Below, piece by piece: positions 14,827-22,024 of a stretch of DNA of 64,000 bases. The DNA is from Escherichia phage ALITA, in the sequence record PP359570; one strand, given 5' to 3'. Positions within the stretch are counted from its first letter, which is position 1. Each line of letters starts with the position of its first letter. The position numbers and the translations under genes were made by a program. Below the pieces are notes generated by a model that saw nothing but the letters and a program-made list of their open reading frames with translations, was not told the origin of the DNA and made no database searches.

Positions 14827-15170
14827 TATTCTTTTTTCACGATGGAAACAACACGTAAAGAATAGGCGTAAAGGTGGCGTAAAACAGCCTAAAACCGATT
14901 ATAACCGCTTAAACAAGGTAATAATGACTAATCACCTTGCCAGGATGAAAAAGCTGTTATAAAGCTATTTAGAGCGTTTAAAGCACATAGGAAATAATTT
15001 GCTTTTTATCTTGCCTTTTATCCTGCTTTTGATTATTATTATGGAACGGGCGGCACCTGGGGACAGGGGAAGATAATCACCGGAAGATCCCGCTATATAT
15101 TAATAGCTAATACCTATCAAACAACAAAACATCAAAGGAATAAACTATCAAATCTTTACAATCCTACCTA

Positions 15171-15231
15171 TTGACACAGGATCACCCTTATACTAATATG
15201 TATCCCGTAGGGCGGGAAATGGTTTCCCGCT
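15171..15231 (+). promoter_or_regulatory. promoter/hairpin cassette C20 (serves 15250)
   Basis: TTGACA-N17-TAATAT, ccGTAG, GGCGGGAAA-TGG-TTTCCCGC. Confidence 0.7.
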
Positions 15232-15249
15232 TGATATAGGAATCATACC

Positions 15250-15483
15250 ATGATCGAACAAATTAAAAGCACTACACCAAATGTTAACGGCAATGTTTCA
15301 CACTTTATCGGTGATAATGAAAGGGGCACACCATACGCCGCCGTAACCGTGCAACCTAATGGCGATTATTGGTTTACCGTGTACGGATCATACTCTTTCG
15401 GACGCCCGGCACATGATAAGATCTTGCAAGCGGTTAAACCTGCGGGGAAGAATATCACAGCAGAAAAATTTTATAAAAAATAG
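15250..15483 (+). CDS. hypothetical protein
   Basis: 77-aa ORF behind cassette C20. Confidence 0.7.
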   Translation: MIEQIKSTTPNVNGNVSHFIGDNERGTPYAAVTVQPNGDYWFTVYGSYSFGRPAHDKILQAVKPAGKNITAEKFYKK

Positions 15484-15484
15484 C

Positions 15485-15513
15485 TTGCTTTATTTCTTCT
15501 GTTAACTTATAGT
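15485..15513 (+). promoter_or_regulatory. promoter TTGCTT-N17-TATAGT with degenerate cassette remnant (gcGTAGGGC, no stem)
   Basis: Hexamers plus a conserved GTAGGGC word, but the palindrome is lost. Confidence 0.45.
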
Positions 15514-15558
15514 TATCGCGTAGGGCAAACAATTTTAAACGGTAAACGAGGAATCACC

Positions 15559-15942
15559 ATGAGCAATATCATCAACCTGGCAGCGACTGTAAACGGTAAA
15601 GACTTTAACGGCGCTGTAGACCGTGATCCTATGTGGTGCTTATCAGTGTTTAAAGGCGATCTGGTTGAAGTTAGAACAACCGAAGGTTATAGCGACGATT
15701 ATAAATGCGAGATTCATTTACACAACTGGTACACGGGTAAAACTTATGCGCTGAATCACGCGTTTATCGGGAAAATTGAATATCGCGAGATGATCGACGA
15801 AGAAACGGGGCAAGATTTTAGCGAGCATGTTTATATTCGTTCAGAAACATTAGCCGAACGTTTGATCGAGAAAATGAAAGCAAAAAATAAAATTAATTTA
15901 TCTCATTGGATTGATATAACAAACGATCCGGCTTATAAGTAA
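15559..15942 (+). CDS. hypothetical protein
   Basis: 127-aa ORF with GAGGA RBS. Confidence 0.7.
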   Translation: MSNIINLAATVNGKDFNGAVDRDPMWCLSVFKGDLVEVRTTEGYSDDYKCEIHLHNWYTGKTYALNHAFIGKIEYREMIDEETGQDFSEHVYIRSETLAERLIEKMKAKNKINLSHWIDITNDPAYK

Positions 15943-15958
15943 ATAACATTTCACACCA

Positions 15959-15985
15959 GGGCGCACAAAGCGCCCTTTCTTTTTA
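15959..15985 (+). terminator. intrinsic terminator GGGCGC-ACAAA-GCGCCC + T-run (end of island)
   Basis: Perfect stem plus tttcttttt. Confidence 0.7.
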
Positions 15986-16189
15986 CCTAAATAAAGATGA
16001 TAGCTTTTACCTATCAAAAACGTTCACCGAAAAAAGTGAATAGATCGCGGTATCGAACTAATCAAGCAACAGATGAACAACCATACCATGAAGGTCATAA
16101 GGCGCTTACAACGTGTTTTAGACCGCTTATTTTTAATTTCTTCATGTAACTATCTGGCAAAAACAGCCTTTTTCTTGTCTTTCCTCTTA

Positions 16190-16260
16190 AATGATAATCA
16201 TTCTTATTTATAGCTGATTATTTATGCAATTTATTGCATAATGCAATAATGATAATCATT
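16190..16260. promoter_or_regulatory. two exact Fur-core 13-mers AATGATAATCATT flanking a triple ATGCAAT/ATTGCAT palindrome
   Basis: 13-mers at 16190-16202 and 16248-16260; ATGCAAT-TT-ATTGCAT-A-ATGCAAT at 16224-16247. Confidence 0.5.
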
Positions 16261-16640
16261 CCTAACTTAAGACCATCTAACCTATAAAATAATAAGTTAT
16301 CTAACTAAATTAAAACTAATTATCTCACTTTTATTTATAACTTACTGTTACTATCTCATTGATAACCTTATATTAAACAACAATAACTAATATAAATCAT
16401 TACTAAGCTAAATATAATCTATCTAACCCTTAAAACTACAATTATAATCTATCTAATTGTTGCACAAAGTAACTATTAAATTGTTAGTAACATTACTAAA
16501 TAATTCACATCCTATCTATTTATGATCTAATCTTTACCTTTCTATCTATTACCTAAATAACCATTTCATACAGTAATTATTCCATATGGTAATCATTTCA
16601 TACAATAATTATAACAAGAAATATAATTCGCAAGCGTATC

Positions 16641-16816
16641 ATTAGCAGCCTATGCCGGACACATAGGCGGCTAATAATAACGCAACTACACACCCCACAT
16701 AATAACCATCAACGATGGTTATTATTTGTGTTTATGTAGCTTGCAACAATTGCAAGCGCAACAATATACATGGTATATTGTATTCCCTTACATTGTTGCG
16801 GTGCGTTATTATTAGC
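16641..16816. repeat. nested perfect palindromes / cruciform-capable element
   Basis: Outer arms GCTAATAATAACGCA (16670) / TGCGTTATTATTAGC (16802) enclose hairpins at 16699-16725 (12 bp), 16739-16757 (8 bp) and 16762-16780 (8 bp); a further hairpin lies at 16642-16673. Confidence 0.6.
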
Positions 16817-17119
16817 TAATGTTTAGAACATTGGCTATAATATAAGCTGCATATAATAAACTATGCAATAATAAACATGGTGAATAATGACACCGATGAT
16901 CATAATGCGCCACCCTCCAGGGGGCGCTATGTAAACACAAAGAAATCTTTCTTGTCAAGAAAATATTGCCACTATTGCGCAAAATTATTTTTATCTGAAT
17001 AGATGATTTTTCATACTATTGCCCCTATAACATACCTCATTTGTTGAGCCTACTTTCTTAAAAGCGCAATAAATCAGAATTATCTTGATTTTTAGGGCGT
17101 TTTATAGTACAGAAAGTAT

Positions 17120-17138
17120 GCAAATGATAATCATTATC
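17120..17138. promoter_or_regulatory. Fur-box-like site (17/19 to GATAATGATAATCATTATC)
   Basis: gcaAATGATAATCATTATC read directly from the sequence. Confidence 0.5.
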
Positions 17139-17305
17139 AGCTATCTTCCACGGGTAGCACTATTTCACGCCAGATCATTTCATTTGGCAAGGTGTATATA
17201 GATGTTTAGACTTGCCAAGCCATTGATTTACTTAGAATTTATCTGTTTTGTTGTGAGTAATACCTTTCTTACTCAGAAAATAATCAAAAGTCTTATAAGT
17301 CATTG

Positions 17306-17336
17306 AATGATAATACAAATGATAATTATTCTCATT
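17306..17336. promoter_or_regulatory. tandem Fur-hexamer-like repeats
   Basis: AATGATAATacaAATGATAATTATTCTCATT. Confidence 0.4.
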
Positions 17337-17695
17337 GATATTTGAGGGGGACGGTCGGCAGAAATCGGGGGGCGCTGAAAATCGCGTTAAGCACCTCTCG
17401 CAAGCGAGCAGTATTTTGCGGCAAGTTATTGATATTATTGACTTTACGCTTATGAAAAGGGGGTGTGTCGAAATAAATCGGGTATACCGGAAAATTTTTG
17501 TGGCATAGATATTTATTTGTCTATATTATGTACAAAGGGGTGTATTAAAAATAATAGGTATATATAGAATAATTGATAGGGAAATCCTATACTAATCCCT
17601 CCATTAATGATGTTTCTATGTTGCTGTTATTGTAATAGATGAAAAGACGCTGTATGATGTGTGGCATGAAACGTAAACTTATAAAGGAGTCTGAT

Positions 17696-18065
17696 ATGTG
17701 TGTCCCTCTTAGCAGTCCACTGCTGTTAGAATTTTACAAAGCATGGATGGAAGATCATTCCTCAATGCATCGTGAGAATGTTGGTTTGTGTATTTGCCTT
17801 ATGGATTATCTGGCAACCACTATGTCAAAGAAAAAAAAAACCTACGCAAGAAGATATAGAACATTTCAAGATGGTTCGTAGTAAAACGCTGGAAGAGATG
17901 AAATTGCAATTCACGTGTGCTGGGCTATCCTCCTTCCTGCCCTTTAATGATGACCTTCTGTGTTATGAAGATGAAGGTAAGAAACATTCTTGCCATACTA
18001 ACCCAGAGAGATTGCAGTGGGTGAAAGATCGTATCGAAGATGCAAATAATGTTTGCATTGGATAG
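17696..18065 (+). pseudogene. frameshifted member of paralog family A (split at A10 run 17831-17840)
   Basis: ORFs 17639..17881 and 17772..18065 together align with the full length of paralogs 19847..20215 and 20839..21423; removing one A restores the frame; AAGGAG RBS before ATG 17696. Confidence 0.6.
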
Positions 18066-18135
18066 AAATGCCTGTACACTGTGTTCCATAAGATATGCAA
18101 TATCGCGCATAACAAACTACTAATGAGAGGTGTAA

Positions 18136-18453
18136 ATGAGAACTTTATCTTTGTATATTGATCGTAACTCCATTCGAGAAATGCGAGATGTACAACAGGA
18201 TTATGAATTCTACCCGGAAATTTGTGAACGCTATGAAACTATTCTTAATTCTGTAGAAGACCCAGATACCAGTGAAACAGGTGCTTCCCACTTACTGTGG
18301 ATGTTGAATGAAATTCAGGATGGGTGTAATGATATGTCTGAAACCAAACGCCATCGTTGGCTAGGCTATATTCAGGGTGTTATGGTTATGAAAAACCTTA
18401 TTACAGTTGATGATGAACGTAACGCTACACGCCCCATCTTTAATGGAGCATAA
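18136..18453 (+). CDS. hypothetical protein
   Basis: 105-aa ORF with GAGAGG RBS. Confidence 0.65.
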   Translation: MRTLSLYIDRNSIREMRDVQQDYEFYPEICERYETILNSVEDPDTSETGASHLLWMLNEIQDGCNDMSETKRHRWLGYIQGVMVMKNLITVDDERNATRPIFNGA

Positions 18454-18454
18454 C

Positions 18455-18670
18455 ATGAAAAGCATTCAGGTGTGTATTGAAAATAATTGTGGTTATCTGG
18501 GGTTGACACATGTTGCTTTCCCTCTTATGTTAGATGCCGATATCGCTTACAGCGGAGTTGCTTATGTGTCATTCAAGACAATGAGCCAAGTACCTGGCTG
18601 GAAGTGGGAAGTAGTTGATGTTGTTGAAGGAGAAGATTATGTTTTCCTTCCACACGAATATATTGTTTAA
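18455..18670 (+). CDS. hypothetical protein
   Basis: Start at MKSIQVC with GGAG RBS, 1 nt after previous stop. Confidence 0.6.
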   Translation: MKSIQVCIENNCGYLGLTHVAFPLMLDADIAYSGVAYVSFKTMSQVPGWKWEVVDVVEGEDYVFLPHEYIV

Positions 18671-18684
18671 AAGAGGAAAAGAAG

Positions 18685-18861
18685 ATGGATAAAGAGACTA
18701 CTGTGTACTTAGTAACAAAGAATACCCCAGGCTGGAGCCAATGCAGCACTGTACCTTACAAAATCTGTGCAACATTAGAACTAGCACAACGTGCAGAAGC
18801 AGAAGTGAATGCCATGCAATACAGCTATGGTGAAATCATTCCTTTTACTCTTGAACAATAA
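18685..18861 (+). CDS. 58-aa hypothetical protein (hand-called)
   Basis: AAGAGGAAAAG RBS; fills the gap. Confidence 0.5.
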   Translation: MDKETTVYLVTKNTPGWSQCSTVPYKICATLELAQRAEAEVNAMQYSYGEIIPFTLEQ

Positions 18862-18872
18862 GGAGTTGTGTA

Positions 18873-19325
18873 ATGTTTGAAATTGGTAAAGTGTATCGTT
18901 TTAAAAACCCATCTTATATCCGTAAGTTTGCTAACGTGTCTGAGTGCAATAGCAGGATTGCTTCTTTTTTAGGTGATTCCTATTTTCGTGTATTAGATGT
19001 GGATGATTGGTATGGTGTCACTGCTTTGCAATCCTTAGCAGGAGAACAAGAAATTATCGCTCAAAATGAAGGAGACTTTCTTCAGTGTTACACGTTGCTT
19101 GCAAAAAGTGAGTTTGAATATTTTGTAGAAGTCTTAGAGGAAGCACCAAAAAGTAAACACGAAGAGAAATACCTGCTTGTAGTGGATGGAGTTCCGATCA
19201 TGGAAACCATCTCCCGTGAGGAAGTTGAAAAAGAGGCGAAACGTTACAAGCTGGATCGTACACAGAGTGTAGTTGAAATCTATTCTCTTGTTGGTGTTGC
19301 AGATATTAGTGTGAACATCGTATAA
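18873..19325 (+). CDS. hypothetical protein
   Basis: 150-aa ORF with AAGGAG RBS. Confidence 0.7.
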   Translation: MFEIGKVYRFKNPSYIRKFANVSECNSRIASFLGDSYFRVLDVDDWYGVTALQSLAGEQEIIAQNEGDFLQCYTLLAKSEFEYFVEVLEEAPKSKHEEKYLLVVDGVPIMETISREEVEKEAKRYKLDRTQSVVEIYSLVGVADISVNIV

Positions 19326-19328
19326 TAT

Positions 19329-19541
19329 ATGTGTAATGGCAGATACATTCTTCGTGTATCTGATAAGTCTCCTATGTTTGACTGGCGGGGCTGGTGGCTA
19401 CTAGCTCCGATGCAAGGTCTGACAGACGTGGAAAAGGAGGCTTATGTGTATACAAAAGAAGAGATAGAAGATAGTCTTTATTTGACAGATAACATTAAGA
19501 ATGGTATCTTTGAGTGTAAATTGAAAGGAGAGGAAGAATGA
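19329..19541 (+). CDS. hypothetical protein
   Basis: 70-aa ORF; weak RBS but tightly packed. Confidence 0.5.
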   Translation: MCNGRYILRVSDKSPMFDWRGWWLLAPMQGLTDVEKEAYVYTKEEIEDSLYLTDNIKNGIFECKLKGEEE

Positions 19542-19837
19542 CTATTACAGAAAAACTGCGCTGTATTGCGAAGCAAAGTGGAGAAGGTTTATGGTTTCCT
19601 ATTGAGGAAATTATTCAGGACTGTTATGATCAGGCTAAGACTGGCAAATACTCCAAAGCATTTAAACCATCTGTTTTCGGTTTGGATGACTATCCAAAAA
19701 ATGAGCAAGCAAAGAAACGACAAGTTGATTTGATTGATCTTGCTATGGAAGCACTACGAGAGCATGGGCTTAGTAAGGTGTATGCTTTAAACACCAAAGA
19801 GGGTTTTGTAGATTCAGTGATCGTAGACTGGTATTAA
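19538..19837 (+). CDS. hypothetical protein
   Basis: 99-aa ORF, ATGA overlap, GGAGAGGAAG RBS. Confidence 0.65.
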   Translation: MTITEKLRCIAKQSGEGLWFPIEEIIQDCYDQAKTGKYSKAFKPSVFGLDDYPKNEQAKKRQVDLIDLAMEALREHGLSKVYALNTKEGFVDSVIVDWY

Positions 19838-19846
19838 GGAGAAGCC

Positions 19847-20215
19847 ATGCAAGAGAATAGTAAAGTGTGTAACATGAAAAGCAGCCCCTATTTGCTACAA
19901 TTTTATGAGTGGTGGTTAGAACAAGAAGATACAAACTTTAGCAAAAAGCATTATGGTCTTTGCACGTGTCTTGTAGACTTCTTATACAATATTGCTTTGA
20001 TAAAAGATGTTGAGAATGTAGCAAAGCTCCAATCCTCTGTACGAGAGGAAATGAAGGAACAATTTAAGAAAGCGGGTTTGAACCATTTACATCCGTTTAA
20101 TACGGATTTCTCGCACTACTTTACGGAAACAGAACTAGGCATTGCACACCTTAATAAAGAACGTGTACAATGGGTGATTGATCGTATTCGTGATATGGAG
20201 GAATACAATGGTTAA
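19847..20215 (+). CDS. paralog family A protein
   Basis: SPYLLQFYEWW, GLCTCL, LHPFN, ERVQWVIDRI motifs shared with 17696.. and 20839.. Confidence 0.7.
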   Translation: MQENSKVCNMKSSPYLLQFYEWWLEQEDTNFSKKHYGLCTCLVDFLYNIALIKDVENVAKLQSSVREEMKEQFKKAGLNHLHPFNTDFSHYFTETELGIAHLNKERVQWVIDRIRDMEEYNG

Positions 20216-20426
20216 GTTTAAAACTTTCTGTGCAATCACTGTTTGTCTTATTCTTGCATACGTGTTATTCTCTAGTATCATTCGTTTAGGTGAGTATATG
20301 GCAAGAGAAGCTCGTGAAAGTGAAGCTAAAAAAGAACAGTGCATCGTGTTAAAGCACCAAAGGGATGCTGAAAAGTTTCTCGCACTTGATTGCAATCGTT
20401 ATGTATCTTATCAAATGTATGAGTAA
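20208..20426 (+). CDS. paralog family B membrane-anchored protein
   Basis: N-terminal TM segment + KEQCIVLKHQRDAEKFL, matching 23680..23904; GGAGG RBS before ATG 20208. Confidence 0.6.
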   Translation: MVKFKTFCAITVCLILAYVLFSSIIRLGEYMAREARESEAKKEQCIVLKHQRDAEKFLALDCNRYVSYQMYE

Positions 20427-20435
20427 GGAGGGTTT

Positions 20436-20660
20436 ATGGTAAAACGTCTGGAATGGGATGCGTGTACTGCTCACGCTTGTCACTGTGATATTGTTGAAGA
20501 TCCTAATGGAGAGATGGTGTATTATGAGGATTACGAAGCATTGCACAATGCTGTGATTGCTTTACTGGATGATATTGGCTCACGCTATCCAGGACAACAA
20601 TTCACGTGTCCACATATCCAACTATTAGCCGAACTTACGGAGTATCCAAGTGTTCCATAA
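20436..20660 (+). CDS. paralog family C protein
   Basis: CDIVEDPNGEMVYYEDYEAL matches CDIVPDPEGDYVLLADYNKL of 24565..24828; AAGGAGG RBS. Confidence 0.65.
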   Translation: MVKRLEWDACTAHACHCDIVEDPNGEMVYYEDYEALHNAVIALLDDIGSRYPGQQFTCPHIQLLAELTEYPSVP

Positions 20661-20661
20661 T

Positions 20662-20829
20662 ATGGGTGTCCCTGAACAACTGCTCTTTATTGTAGGATTA
20701 GTAGGCTTATTGGCGGCTGGCGCTAAAGCCGCTTCTCACACGCATCACATAATGTTAAGATTTCTATTCCTGCTCCCTTCTATCCTCGTACTACTAGTCA
20801 TACTGATCGATAACATTTTTCACAATTAA
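20662..20829 (+). CDS. 55-aa membrane protein (hand-called)
   Basis: Two hydrophobic stretches; fills the gap; no clear RBS. Confidence 0.4.
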   Translation: MGVPEQLLFIVGLVGLLAAGAKAASHTHHIMLRFLFLLPSILVLLVILIDNIFHN

Positions 20830-20838
20830 GGAGAGGTC

Positions 20839-21423
20839 ATGAGTAAAATTATACCAAGCAGTTATGAATTATTGCAGTTTTATGTATATTATATAGACTG
20901 GGTTAATAGATCGAATGTTAAAGACAATGCGATGTTTAGTAAAAACATCTGTTTAACAGAAAGTATCTTCCGTTACTGGCACACAGGTAGAAAGTGTACA
21001 CACAGTGAAGCTATGCGCATTGTAGGTGAATACCTGGAGCAATTGCAAAAAGCAGAGCTACCTGTCCTTCACCCATTCAATGAATCTAAAGAAGAATTAG
21101 AACAAGAGTGTAGAGAAGGTAAGTGCCATTTGAATGAAAAACGTATCGAATGGGTGAGGCAACGTTTAGCCGATGCAGGAAAGACTCCTAGTGACTCTGA
21201 CTATACGTGGTATGATGTAGAGGGTTTAGTTCAAGGTTTTGAGGCTTGTGCTATAGATAATACAAACTTTGCCAAAGTTTTATGCGAGGCTTATGACCTG
21301 GCAGATAAAATCCGAAATCACGGATGGAAACAAGAGCATAAAGAATCATATGAACGCCTTGACAAGATTTTCAAACAGATCTATTCTAACCACAAGAAGA
21401 TGTTCCAAATGGAGGATGTGTAA
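20839..21423 (+). CDS. paralog family A protein (long form)
   Basis: ELLQFYVYY..., LHPFN, KRIEWVRQRL; AAGGAGAGG RBS. Confidence 0.7.
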   Translation: MSKIIPSSYELLQFYVYYIDWVNRSNVKDNAMFSKNICLTESIFRYWHTGRKCTHSEAMRIVGEYLEQLQKAELPVLHPFNESKEELEQECREGKCHLNEKRIEWVRQRLADAGKTPSDSDYTWYDVEGLVQGFEACAIDNTNFAKVLCEAYDLADKIRNHGWKQEHKESYERLDKIFKQIYSNHKKMFQMEDV

Positions 21424-21495
21424 TGAAAGAGATTATTTTGAAGGGCATCGTTACGAAGTTCCAGAATACTGTCTTTGGATAAAACGGGAGGAATA

Positions 21496-21663
21496 ATGCA
21501 AACATTTTTTATCGACAAGTTCAATAAAAGTATGAACACGTGGATGGCAACATTCACTATGCAATTTGCGTCATTTAAAGAAGCTCAAGAATGGTGCGAT
21601 CAACACAAGGATTTTGATTTTTACTATCAAGTTAATGCAAACCTTTCTCCAGAGGAGAAATAA
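21496..21663 (+). CDS. hypothetical protein (55 aa)
   Basis: GGGAGGAATA then ATG (MQTFFIDKF). Confidence 0.55.
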   Translation: MQTFFIDKFNKSMNTWMATFTMQFASFKEAQEWCDQHKDFDFYYQVNANLSPEEK

Positions 21664-21664
21664 T

Positions 21665-22009
21665 ATGTTGGCTGATATTGAAATCCTTATGTACCGACAA
21701 GGTATGATCAAAATGTGGCTAGATTCTTTTAGCAACATATACTGTACAGTACGATCAGCAGACGAGCGTAAAACGCTTATTTTATCTGCTATTGTTGATA
21801 AACAACGTTTCTTCAAAGAAATTTTGCAAACAGGCTTCTCCGATGCAGGAGTAGAGATTGCAACGCTTAGTCTTGGAGTGCTGTCTTACTTGGAATCCGT
21901 TGTTTTATATGTCTTCTCTTTAGAGGAAGACTTGCAATTTGAAGCATTAAAACTTATCCTAGATGCTGCAATTGACATAGAACAAAATCGAATTGATTCT
22001 TTTGAATAA
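21665..22009 (+). CDS. hypothetical protein
   Basis: Start at MLADIEIL with GAGGAG RBS. Confidence 0.6.
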   Translation: MLADIEILMYRQGMIKMWLDSFSNIYCTVRSADERKTLILSAIVDKQRFFKEILQTGFSDAGVEIATLSLGVLSYLESVVLYVFSLEEDLQFEALKLILDAAIDIEQNRIDSFE

Positions 22010-22024
22010 AATAAGGAGAAAACT

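Noticed and set aside
5990-15513. Could the regularly recurring GC palindromes be a CRISPR array or integron attC sites?
   Set aside because: The spacing is irregular (250-700 bp) and each interval is a promoter-driven ORF. The repeats are 17-22 nt hairpins lying 5' of genes, much shorter than attC sites. No cas genes or integron integrase are present. Several stem alleles coexist.
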